Source: an uncultured Methylomirabilota bacterium
Lineage (GTDB): Bacteria > Methylomirabilota > Methylomirabilia > Methylomirabilales > 2-02-FULL-66-22
DNA: 64,000 nt
Assembly (NCBI GenBank): GCA_963705305.1
Contig: OY970067.1
Span: 3,776,001-3,840,000 of the forward strand
Reading direction: 5' to 3'
A program made the translations under genes and the position numbers. This document shows, in pieces, positions 55,113 through 64,000 of the stretch (positions are counted from its first letter, which is position 1; each line of letters opens with the position of its first letter). The notes under the pieces are model-generated. The model saw only the letters and a list, made by a program, of their open reading frames with translations. It ran no database searches and had not been told where the DNA came from.

Positions 55113-55497
55113 GGCGCGAGTGGCTGACAGGGGGGTCGGCCCCCGCGACAGCGGTCCAGGATGATGAGGTCCTCCCGGGAAATCATGGGGCGGGCTGCTC
55201 CTCGATAAGGGGTGGGAGCGGCCAGCCTGCCGTGCCGGCGCTCGGCGCAACCGGCTGCGGTGGCAGGCTGCTGATTGGCGGTCCGGAGCCTCGGGCCGCG
55301 CCGCAGGCTGCCCCGGGCCAGGGGTCCCGTCCACCTTGACAGCCCTCCAAGTCCTTATGGTAGGACTAGAGGGACAAGACCCCGGCACGTAACAACCCGG
55401 GCTAACCGATATTGGGGGCCCTGAGGGTTCCTGTGCAGACGGAGCTCGCTCCGGGCGGAGCGAGGCTTCCGTCATGGTCGGTCTGTCCGGAGGAAGG

Positions 55498-57450
55498 ATG
55501 CACATGACTCTGAACGCGCTCTTCAGTCCCTTCGCGATCGGATCGCTGCAGCTGAAGAACCGGATCGTGATGCCGCCCATGGCGACCAACTACGCCTCGC
55601 CCGAGGGCCTGGTGACCGAGCGGCAGATCGCCTACTACCTGGAGCGTGCCAAAGGAGGCGTGGGGTACATCACCGTCGAGCATACGGGCATCCTCCAGCA
55701 GGGAAAGGCCAGCCCGAGGATGCTCCTCCTAAGTTCCGACGCGCACGCCGTCGCTCTGGAGAGGCTCGTTGACGCGGCCCACGCCGCCGGGGCCAAGATC
55801 GTCGTTCAGATCAGCCACGCCGGAAGGCAGACCTCCGCGGCGATCACCGGAATGCCCATCGTCGGGCCGTCCCCCCTCGCCTGCCCGACCCGCACCGAGA
55901 TCCCCCGGGCACTTTCCGCGGGGGAGATCGAGGCGTTGACCGAGGCCTTCGGGGTGGCGGCCGAGCGCGCGAAGCGCGCGGGCGCCGATGGGGTCGAGCT
56001 GCACATGGCTCATGGGTATCTCCTCTGCGCCTTTCTCTCCCCCTTCTCCAACCGGCGGAGCGACCAGTACGGAGGGGATCTCGAGGGCCGCACGCGGTTC
56101 CCCCGGGAGGTCCTGACGGCCGTGCGCCACCGGGTCGGTCCCACGTTCCCCATCGTGTGCCGGCTCAGCGCCGACGAGTATGTGGAGGGGGGCCTGCGCA
56201 TCGAGGAGACGGTTCGGATCGCGCAGCTGCTGGAGCAGGCGGGCGCCGACGCCCTCCACGTGTCGGCCTGCAACGCGGCATCGGCGTACCTGAACCAGCC
56301 GCCGTACTACGTGGACGAGGGAGTGTTCGTCCCGCTGGCCCAGGCCATCAAGGCGGCGGTTCGGATCCCCGTGATCACGGTCGGGCGCATCCGGAATCCG
56401 GTCATGGCCGACCAGATCATCCGAGAGGACAAGGCCGATCTCGTCTCCATGGGCCGGGCGCTGATTGCCGACCCCTCCCTGCCGCAGAAAGCCGAAGCCG
56501 GGCGGTTGGAGGCCATTGTCCCCTGCCTGTCGTGCAACCGATGCATCCAGACCCTGCGGAAAGACGCCGTGCGATGCACCGTCAATCCGGAGGCGGGCAA
56601 CGAACGCCTCTTCCGCGTCGCGAGAGTGGATCACCCCAAGAAGGTCTGGGTAGTGGGCGGCGGCCCCGGCGGACTCAAGGCGGCTGAGATCGCCACCCTT
56701 CGGGGGCATGAGGTGACGCTTTTCGAGCGGACGCCGCGACTGGGCGGCCGTATGATTTGCGCCGCACTCCCCCCCAAGAAGGCCGTCCTGAACGAATACC
56801 GGGAGTACCTGGAGCGGCGGGTCAAGGAGTTGCAGGTCACGCTGCACCTGGGGACGGAGTGCACTGCGGCGATGGTGGCCACGGGGAAACCGGAGGCCGT
56901 GATCGTAGCCTCCGGCTCGCGCCCCCTGATGCCCGAGTGGCCGGGGGTAGGGGACAGCGGGGCCATTCCTGCCGACGCCGCCTTCGAGGAGAACGTTTCC
57001 GTGGGACGGCGGGTGCTCGTGGTGGGCGGCAGCGGGATCGGAGCGGAGACGGCCGATTACCTGTCGGAGATGGGAAGACAGGTCACCCTCGTCGAGATGT
57101 TGGGCCAGATCGCCTCAGACTTCGTGCTCCACCTGCAACATTACTTGTCGCAGCGGCTGGCCGAAAAGGGAGTCACGGTCCTCACCTCGACCCGCGTGAC
57201 GGCAGTGGGAAAGGGATGGGCGCAGGTGGAAGACGCCGCGGGGACCCGCCGACTCGATGGGTTCGACACCATCGTGCTCGCCGTCGGCTCGAAGCCGGAC
57301 GATCGCCTTGCCAAGGATCTGACGGGCCAGGTGCCGGAGCTCTACGTGATCGGGGACGCCTCCAGGCCGGGGGAGATCCTGCAGGCTGTCTACGACGCCG
57401 AGGATTCGGCGATCAAGATCGGCGCTGCCGGGATTCAGGTGGGCACTTGA
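55498..57450 (+). CDS. NADH:flavin oxidoreductase (OYE-like TIM barrel, 4Fe-4S and FAD domain)
   Basis: LKNRIVMPPM, HMAHGYL, CLSCNRC...CTVNP, GGGPGG. Confidence 0.92.
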   Translation: MHMTLNALFSPFAIGSLQLKNRIVMPPMATNYASPEGLVTERQIAYYLERAKGGVGYITVEHTGILQQGKASPRMLLLSSDAHAVALERLVDAAHAAGAKIVVQISHAGRQTSAAITGMPIVGPSPLACPTRTEIPRALSAGEIEALTEAFGVAAERAKRAGADGVELHMAHGYLLCAFLSPFSNRRSDQYGGDLEGRTRFPREVLTAVRHRVGPTFPIVCRLSADEYVEGGLRIEETVRIAQLLEQAGADALHVSACNAASAYLNQPPYYVDEGVFVPLAQAIKAAVRIPVITVGRIRNPVMADQIIREDKADLVSMGRALIADPSLPQKAEAGRLEAIVPCLSCNRCIQTLRKDAVRCTVNPEAGNERLFRVARVDHPKKVWVVGGGPGGLKAAEIATLRGHEVTLFERTPRLGGRMICAALPPKKAVLNEYREYLERRVKELQVTLHLGTECTAAMVATGKPEAVIVASGSRPLMPEWPGVGDSGAIPADAAFEENVSVGRRVLVVGGSGIGAETADYLSEMGRQVTLVEMLGQIASDFVLHLQHYLSQRLAEKGVTVLTSTRVTAVGKGWAQVEDAAGTRRLDGFDTIVLAVGSKPDDRLAKDLTGQVPELYVIGDASRPGEILQAVYDAEDSAIKIGAAGIQVGT

Positions 57451-57599
57451 CGCCTGCGCGGAGCGACTGGGGCAGGCGAGAGCTGGCCGCAACCCCTCCG
57501 ACGGAGTCACCTTTCACTAGCTCGGCAGAGGCCAGGGGCAGGAAGGCCTCATCCGGGTCCTCCTCTCAGAAGGAGGCCAGCCTGAGGCCCGCCTGACGC

Positions 57600-58266
57600 A
57601 CTACCCCGGATCCAGGCCTGAGCACGGCGGGCGAGTTGCGAGCCCCGGTAAGTCTTCGCCAAGGCATTGGCCGCCCGCAGCTTGTCCTCCTTGGTGACCC
57701 TGGCGTCGATCGTGGTCGCCTTGATGCTCGCGTGCACCACTTACTCCTGGACGACCGCCAGGTCGTTCCCGCTGGCCCGGTCCAGGTGGGTGGCGTAGGT
57801 GTGCCGACAACTGTGAGTGGCGTACCGGGGATCCAGCCCCACGGCCGCCATGAGGCCTTTCACCACCCGCCAGACCCCCTTCCGGGTGAGGGGCCCCCGC
57901 TGGCCGAGGAAGACCGGGGCCTCCTCGGACACATTCTCCCCAAGGTCCCGCTTCCAGGTCAGGAAGGCTTTCAGGTGCGTCTTGAGGTCCGGGGGGATGA
58001 AGACCTCCCGCTGCTTGTTCCCTTTGCCCTGGCGGACCGCCAGTGAGGCCTGGCCGTAGCCCAGGAGGCAGTCCCGGACTTGGGGGCCGGCCACCTCGGA
58101 GGCCCGGAGGCCGGAAGAGAGAAGGGGGTCGAGCAGGCCCCAGGACCGGATCGGCCCTGTAGTGCCCTGCTGGCGGGCCTGGGTTGCCCGAGATTCGGCG
58201 AACCGGCGGAGGCGGGTCAGGTTCCTCCGCGGTCAGAGAACGGATCTCGTGCTGGACGGTAGGCAT
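57600..58266 (-). pseudogene. XerC-like catalytic-domain tyrosine recombinase remnant (copy B)
   Basis: SGLRASE, GKGNKQR, HSCRHTYAT, internal TAA at 57741-57743 and frameshifts. Confidence 0.8.
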
Positions 58267-58382
58267 GAGCGCATCTCCTTGCATCGCAGCTGACCCGACC
58301 GCCGCCGGCCGCGCGCCAGGGTGAAGCTCATTCCCCGGGACCCCCGGAGCGGCTACATGCGCCACCCCGAGGCGATCGGGCG

Positions 58383-58697
58383 TCAGGCCAGAGTGTTCGC
58401 TGGGCGGCCTCGGGCAGAGCGGGCGGTCCGGAGGCGGTCTGCCGCCGCGCGCCGTTGCTCCACGGTCCCCGCCCGACCGGGCCCTGGCCGGCGCACTCGG
58501 ATCGCGGGGAGGGGAACCACCCAGAAGGCCGAGGTCGCCTTCCCGTCGCGCTCCGTGACCTGCTTCGGGGCCCCGTACAGCCGCTCGAGCTTCCGGCTCC
58601 ACTCCGGCCAGGTGGAGCAGATGTGCGCTTGCCGATCCTGGCGATCGAGCCGGATCGTGACTTCCATCTCGTCCTGCGAGTTCCCGCCGTAGTTCAC
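58383..58697 (-). CDS. Small phage-like hypothetical protein at the island end
   Basis: GGGAGA RBS before GTG; EVTIRLDR...WSRKLE. Confidence 0.5.
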   Translation of the reverse strand: MNYGGNSQDEMEVTIRLDRQDRQAHICSTWPEWSRKLERLYGAPKQVTERDGKATSAFWVVPLPAIRVRRPGPGRAGTVEQRRAAADRLRTARSARGRPANTLA

Positions 58698-59011
58698 CCG
58701 GTCTCCCTTTCCGGTTGCGCGGGGGTTGCGTTCCGTGCTATGAATTGCCATCCTTTGCAGCCCTAACTCCTTAAGTTCTCGCCACCATTGACCCGATCCC
58801 TGAGTTTTTCCTTGACAAAGTGGTGGGCCCGTCGAAAAATCGCGGCGGTTTCCATGCGCCGATCCCGCGCGGAGGCCAGGCTCCAATGATCCGGCACGTT
58901 GCCTCACTCCGGCCCTTCCATTCCGGTCCTTGTCGGCTACTCTGCCGGTAGAGTCGCCGACCGCGTGCCGTTTTTGCACCACAGCCCTCGGGTTCATCCG
59001 GGAGGATGACG

Positions 59012-60118
59012 ATGACCGCTCCTGAGCCGCCCCTCAAGCAGACTTCCCTCAACGCCCTGCATCGCCAGATGGGGGCCAAGATGGTTCCCTTCGGCGGATG
59101 GGACATGCCGGTCCAGTATAGCGGGATCATCGAAGAACATCGGGCGGTGCGTAGCGCGGCGGGGCTCTTCGACGTTTCTCACATGGGGGAGGTCGAGTTC
59201 GAGGGGCCGGATGCCCTGGCGGCGGTGCAGCGGCTGACCTGCAACGACGCCGCCCGCTTGCGGGTGGGGCAGATCCAGTACTCGGCCCTGACCACCGAGG
59301 CGGGGACGTTCGTGGACGACATCACCGTGTACCGGCTGGGCGAGAACGATTTCATGTTCACGCTGAACGCCGCCAACATCCCCAAGGACTTGGCCTGGAT
59401 CCGCGAGCACACCTCCGGGCAGGTCCGTGTGACGGACCTCAGCGCGCAGACCGGCCTGTTGGCCCTCCAGGGGCCCAGGGCGGTGGAGATCCTCCAGCAG
59501 CTCGCTAAGCCGGAGGTGGGTGAGCTGCCCTACTACTGGTTCCGGCGGGGGGAGATCCTGGGCGAGGAAGCCGTCGTCTCGCGGACCGGGTACACCGGCG
59601 AGGACGGCTTCGAGATCTACGTGCGGGCGCGGAGCGCGGCGACCATCTGGCAGGCCCTTCTAGAGGTGGGCGAGCCGCTGGGCATGCTGCCGTGCGGGCT
59701 GGGGGCGCGGGACACCCTGCGGCTGGAGGCCAAGATGGCCCTCTATGGGAACGACATTGACGAAGAGCATACGGTCCTGGAGGCCGATCTGGGGTGGATC
59801 GTAAAGCTGGACAAGGGAGAATTCATCGGCCGTAATGCTCTGGCTACGCAGAAGTCCGAAGGGGTGCGGCGGAAGCTCGTGGGGTTCGAGATGGTCGGGC
59901 GAGGCATCGCGCGACCGCACTATCCCATCGTCAAGGACGGGAAGCCCATCGGCGTCGTGACCAGCGGCGGGCCGGCGCCCTGGCTGGGAAAGAATATCGG
60001 TCTGGGGTACGTGGAAGCGGGACGCGCTGCCGTGGGGACGGAATTCGCCGTGGTGATCCGGGACCAGCCGGTGGAGGCGCGGGTCGTTCGCACACCGTTC
60101 TACAAGCGCGCACGCTAA
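59012..60118 (+). CDS. gcvT: Glycine cleavage system aminomethyltransferase T
   Basis: FGGWDMPVQY, FDVSHMGE, SRTGYTGEDGFE, GARDTLRLEA. Confidence 0.97.
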   Translation: MTAPEPPLKQTSLNALHRQMGAKMVPFGGWDMPVQYSGIIEEHRAVRSAAGLFDVSHMGEVEFEGPDALAAVQRLTCNDAARLRVGQIQYSALTTEAGTFVDDITVYRLGENDFMFTLNAANIPKDLAWIREHTSGQVRVTDLSAQTGLLALQGPRAVEILQQLAKPEVGELPYYWFRRGEILGEEAVVSRTGYTGEDGFEIYVRARSAATIWQALLEVGEPLGMLPCGLGARDTLRLEAKMALYGNDIDEEHTVLEADLGWIVKLDKGEFIGRNALATQKSEGVRRKLVGFEMVGRGIARPHYPIVKDGKPIGVVTSGGPAPWLGKNIGLGYVEAGRAAVGTEFAVVIRDQPVEARVVRTPFYKRAR

Positions 60119-60242
60119 CCCTGATCCGAAAGAACTGTTGAACCGCCATGACGCCAAGGCCCCCCTTTCAATTCCGAAATTCGAACTTCGGAATCCGAAT
60201 TTCCTTTTGGCGCCCTGGCGGTGAGACATCTTCGGATTGGGG

Positions 60243-60444
60243 TTAATATAATGCGTCTAAAATCTCTTGACATTTCGTCACCCCGGCGAACGCCGGGGTC
60301 CAGGACTGTGGTTTGACTGGATTCCGGCGTGCGCCGGAATGACGGAGCGGGAGCCTGGGTGCCGGCTGGAGTTTACCCCAGTGAAAACCGGGGCCGGCAA
60401 GACGGCCCCGCAAAAGTAAAGAAGCGTTGGATGCATCAGGCTGG
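60243..60444. repeat. MITE family B, copy 2
   Basis: Aligns end to end with 10382-10538 and has an extra internal palindrome. Confidence 0.7.
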
Positions 60445-60453
60445 CGATCCATC

Positions 60454-60649
60454 CTAGAAGGTTGTGCGAGAAGTTCATCATCGCCCTAGACGCCCCTTTT
60501 GGGCGGCGGCGCCCGCGTAGCCGCCCGAAGAGTGGGTGCAGGCCGAGCGGTATCGGGTACCCACCCGGGTCCCCCTGGGCGGGGTGGGTGTGGTCCCAGG
60601 GCTCGGAGGGGCGGCTGCGGGGGCTGTGAAGTTATCGGACAACCCTCAG
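60454..60649. repeat. Miniature element with imperfect TIRs (family C)
   Basis: GGTTGTGCGAGAAGTTCA ... TGAAGTTATCGGACAACC. Confidence 0.55.
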
Positions 60650-60679
60650 GTGCGGGACACGAGCCGGAAGGAGATAAGC

Positions 60680-61069
60680 ATGTACCCAGCCGATCTGAAA
60701 TACAGCCGGGAGCACGAGTGGATTAAGGTGGAAGGGGACCGCGGACGCGTCGGCATCACGGACCATGCCCAGAACTCGCTGGGCGACGTGGTGTTCGTCG
60801 AGCTGCCGAAACTGGGACGGGCGGTCAAGCAGATGGAGACCTTCGGGGTGGTGGAGTCGGTGAAGGCGGTGTCGGACCTCTACTCGCCGGTGACCGGCGA
60901 GGTGGTGGAGGTCAACGCGGTACTGGAGCAGAAGCCGGAGCTGGTCAACAAGGACTGTTACGGCGCCGGCTGGATGATCGTGGTGAAGATCGCCGATCCG
61001 AAAGAGCTGAGCAATCTGATGGATGCCCCGGCGTACGAGAAGTATGTTGCTGCCGAAGGAGGCCACTGA
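60680..61069 (+). CDS. gcvH: Glycine cleavage system H protein
   Basis: HEW, GITDHAQ, VESVKAVSD (lipoyl Lys). Confidence 0.97.
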   Translation: MYPADLKYSREHEWIKVEGDRGRVGITDHAQNSLGDVVFVELPKLGRAVKQMETFGVVESVKAVSDLYSPVTGEVVEVNAVLEQKPELVNKDCYGAGWMIVVKIADPKELSNLMDAPAYEKYVAAEGGH

Positions 61070-61075
61070 TGCCCA

Positions 61076-61310
61076 GCAGGGTGCTGAAAAAGGTCCACCT
61101 GCAGAGACCCAGCCTTCGGCTGGGTGCCCCGCGCGCTCTCGCGACGCTGCGACGTACCCGTCAGTACGCCTCGCGCCTGCACCCATCCTCACGGATGGGT
61201 ACCCGGCGCGCCGCCTTGCCGTTCGGCGGGCTCACGGTCCCGAGCGAAGTCGAGGGACATCTGGACCTTTTTGAGCCGCCTGAGGGAAAGCGAGTTTTTC
61301 AGGACCCCGT
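61076..61310. repeat. MITE family A, copy 5
   Basis: GCAGGGTGCTGAAAAA...GAGTTTTTCAGGACCCCGT. Confidence 0.78.
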
Positions 61311-61379
61311 TAGGCAAAGTCGCTTGCCGGGTGCCGCCTGCCGCGCGCGACAGCAGCGGGCGGACGGGGAGGGCCGCTG

Positions 61380-62726
61380 ATGCGGTACATCCCGAACACG
61401 GATCGGGACCGGCGGGAGATGCTCCAGGCGATCGGCGCCCCGTCGGTCGAAACGCTTTTCGCCGATATTCCCAAAGACCTGCGCCTCGGGCGGCGCCTCC
61501 GCATCCCACCGGCGCTGGCCGAGGCCGAGCTGGTCCGGGAGATGCGGCGCCTGGCGGACCGGAACGCCGACGCCGACCGCTACAGCCTGTTCCTGGGCGC
61601 GGGCTGTTACAATCACTTCAGCCCCGCCGTCATCACCCACCTGGTCCTCCGCGGGGAATTCCTGACCTCCTACACCCCCTACCAGCCGGAGATCTCCCAG
61701 GGGACCTTGCAGGCCCTCTTCGAGTATCAGACGCTGGTGTGCCAGCTCACCGGGATGGAGGTGAGCAATGCCTCCATGTACGAGGGGGCTTCGGCCACCG
61801 CTGAGGCGGTGCTCATGGCCCACCGCATCACCGGCCGCCATGAGGTGGTGGTCAGCCGGGCTCTCCACCCCGAGTACCGCCAGGTCAGCCGCACTTATAC
61901 CGCCCAGCTCGGATTGACCTTCAAGGAGGTCCCCTTCACCGAAGCCGGGGCGACCGACCTGGGGGCGGTCACGGCGGCTCTCACCCCCGAGACGGCCTGC
62001 CTGGTGGTGCAGTACCCGAACTTCTTCGGGGGGGTCGAGGATCTGGCGCCCCTGGCCGAGGCCGCGCATGCCGTGGGCGCGCTGTTTCTGGTCTCCGTGG
62101 CCGAGCCCATCGCCCTCGGCCTGCTCAAGGCACCGGGCGAGTGCGGCGCGGACATCGTCACCGGGGAGGGGCAGGCCCTGGGCGTCGGGCCGAGCTACGG
62201 CGGGCCCGCCTTGGGTCTGTTCGCCACCCGCGAGGCGTTCGTCCGCCACATGCCGGGGCGCCTGGTGGGCCAGACGGTCGACCGGGAGGGACGCACGGGC
62301 TACGTGCTCACGTTGGCGACGCGTGAGCAGCATATCCGCCGGGAGAAGGCGACCTCCAACATCTGCACCAGCGAGTCGCTGATCGCGCTGATGGCGACCA
62401 TCTACCTGGTGAGTCTGGGCCCCCGCGGACTGCGCGAGGTGGCCGAGCTGAACCTCCGGAAGGCCGCCTACGCCAAGACGCGGTTCGGCCGGGTGCCGGG
62501 GTGCCGGGTGCGCTTTGGGGGGCCCAGCTTCAACGAGTTCGTCCTGCGCCTGAAGCGGCGGCCGGATCGGGTCCTCGGCCACTTGCGCCGGCGGCGGATC
62601 GTCGGCGGGCTGGATCTCGGACGATTCTATCCCGAGCTGGAGGACTGCATCCTGGTCTGCGTGACGGAGCAGAACACGCGCGAGGAGATTGACGCCATGG
62701 CGGATGCCTTGGAGGGGCTGCGATGA
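61380..62726 (+). CDS. gcvPA: Glycine dehydrogenase subunit 1
   Basis: MRYIPNT, YTPYQPEISQG, REQHIRREKATSNIC. Confidence 0.97.
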   Translation: MRYIPNTDRDRREMLQAIGAPSVETLFADIPKDLRLGRRLRIPPALAEAELVREMRRLADRNADADRYSLFLGAGCYNHFSPAVITHLVLRGEFLTSYTPYQPEISQGTLQALFEYQTLVCQLTGMEVSNASMYEGASATAEAVLMAHRITGRHEVVVSRALHPEYRQVSRTYTAQLGLTFKEVPFTEAGATDLGAVTAALTPETACLVVQYPNFFGGVEDLAPLAEAAHAVGALFLVSVAEPIALGLLKAPGECGADIVTGEGQALGVGPSYGGPALGLFATREAFVRHMPGRLVGQTVDREGRTGYVLTLATREQHIRREKATSNICTSESLIALMATIYLVSLGPRGLREVAELNLRKAAYAKTRFGRVPGCRVRFGGPSFNEFVLRLKRRPDRVLGHLRRRRIVGGLDLGRFYPELEDCILVCVTEQNTREEIDAMADALEGLR

Positions 62727-64000
62727 GCGGTCCGGAGGAGAGCGCAGGGGCGCGGGGGCTGGTGTTCAACGAGCCGCTGATCTTCGAGCGCAGTTCACCG
62801 GGGCGCGTCGGATACTCGCTGCCGGCCTGCGACGTGCCCGAGAAGCGGGTGGAGTCCCTGGTGCCGGCCCATCTGCTGCGGGCGGACATCCCGGGACTCC
62901 CCGAAGTCAGCGAGGTGGACGTGGTGCGCCACTTCACCCGGATCTCGCAGTGGAATTTCGGCATCGACCTGGGGTTCTATCCGCTCGGCTCCTGCACCAT
63001 GAAGTACAACCCGCGAATCAACGAGGATATGGTGCGGCTGCCCGGCTTTGCGAAGCTGCATCCCTACCTTCCCGACGAACTGGCCCAGGGGGCTTTGCGG
63101 CTGATGTGGGAGCTGGAGCGCTACCTGGCGGACGTGAGCGGGCTGGACCGGGTCTCGCTTCAGCCGTCGGCGGGCGCCCACGGGGAGCTGACCGGGGTCA
63201 TGATGATCCGGGCCTACCACCAGTCGAAGGGCAACCCGCGCCAGACGATCATCATCCCCGAATCCGCCCACGGCACCAATCCGGCCAGCTCGGCCCTGTG
63301 CGGGTATCGCGTTCTGCCCGTCAAGTCGGGTCCCCGCGGCGTGGTGGAGCCCACGGCCGTGGCGGAGGCCATGAGCGACCAGGTGGCTGCCATCATGATC
63401 ACCAACCCCAACACCCTGGGCTTGTTCGAAGAGCACATCGCCGAGATCGCCGAGATCGTGCATGCCAAGGGCGGGCAGGTATACTGCGACGGGGCCAACC
63501 TCAACGCCGTCATGGGCGTCTCGCGCCCCGGCGATTGGGGGGTGGACGTCATGCAGATCAATCTCCACAAGACTTTTTCCCAGCCCCATGGGGGCGGGGG
63601 TCCCGGGGCTGGACCGATCGCGATCCGGCGGCATCTGGCCCCCTTCATGCCGATCCCCACGGTGGAGAAGCAGGGGGACGCCTTCCGCCTGGAGTACGAC
63701 CGGCCGAAATCCATCGGGAAGGTGCGCGCCTTTGCCAGCAGCTTCGGGGTCATGGTCCGGGCCTACGCCTACATCCGCAGCCTGGGGCCGGACGGCGTGC
63801 GGCGCGCCGCCGAGACCGCCGTGCTGAACGCCAACTACATCATGAGTCGCCTCAAAGGATTCTACCGCCTGCCCTACGACCGTCCCTGCAAGCACGAGTG
63901 CGTCTTCTCGGATGCCGAGCAGGTCAAGCACGGCGTGAAGACCCTGGACATCGCCAAGCGGCTGATGGATTACGGCTTTCACCCGCCGACGATCTACTTC
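62723..64000 (+). CDS. gcvPB: Glycine dehydrogenase subunit 2 (runs off the window)
   Basis: PLGSCTMKYNP, AGAHGE, NLHKTF, PHGGGGPG read directly from the sequence. Confidence 0.95.
   Translation, partial: MSGPEESAGARGLVFNEPLIFERSSPGRVGYSLPACDVPEKRVESLVPAHLLRADIPGLPEVSEVDVVRHFTRISQWNFGIDLGFYPLGSCTMKYNPRINEDMVRLPGFAKLHPYLPDELAQGALRLMWELERYLADVSGLDRVSLQPSAGAHGELTGVMMIRAYHQSKGNPRQTIIIPESAHGTNPASSALCGYRVLPVKSGPRGVVEPTAVAEAMSDQVAAIMITNPNTLGLFEEHIAEIAEIVHAKGGQVYCDGANLNAVMGVSRPGDWGVDVMQINLHKTFSQPHGGGGPGAGPIAIRRHLAPFMPIPTVEKQGDAFRLEYDRPKSIGKVRAFASSFGVMVRAYAYIRSLGPDGVRRAAETAVLNANYIMSRLKGFYRLPYDRPCKHECVFSDAEQVKHGVKTLDIAKRLMDYGFHPPTIYF

Noticed and set aside
53440..57743. Stop-codon readthrough (Sec/Pyl) in the recombinase remnants
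   Set aside because: The codon is TAA, and the copies have other lesions such as frameshifts and lost catalytic residues.
58821..59005. Glycine riboswitch expected upstream of gcvT
   Set aside because: I could not find the GGAGA...CCGAAG...CTCTCAGG consensus; only generic hairpins are present.

Overview
A GC-rich bacterial chromosome segment. Gene style, repeats and a PAC2 gene suggest a Methylomirabilota/NC10-like lineage, which is inference only. From left to right: (1) a LIV-type ABC transporter, two PLP fold-II enzymes, a non-canonical ATCase-like carbamoyltransferase, carbamate kinase and an Lrp regulator, together a probable undescribed catabolic pathway for an N-carbamoyl/ureido amino acid; (2) an intact IS1380, then an AT-richer cassette with a 60-aa Cys-containing peptide next to a radical SAM enzyme, a candidate new RiPP system; (3) core and accessory metabolic genes (M20 deacylase, SDR, AKR, amidohydrolase, CoA-activase pair, truncated CHASE2 cyclase, PAC2, yggS, transaldolase/fsa, HD hydrolase, mazEF-like TA pair, rnd, holA); (4) a ~17.8 kb decaying integrative element (41016-58820) bounded by 19-bp att repeats that contain a TTGACA box rather than a tRNA, carrying a deleted integrase, a TPP riboswitch with an internally deleted thiC and an NCS1 permease, a DD-carboxypeptidase, a flavin oxidoreductase and two recombinase remnants with the same stop codon; (5) the gcvT-H-PA-PB operon. 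Intergenic spaces contain several families of miniature inverted-repeat elements and heptamer arrays. All calls come from reading the sequence and recognising motifs; no database searches were run.
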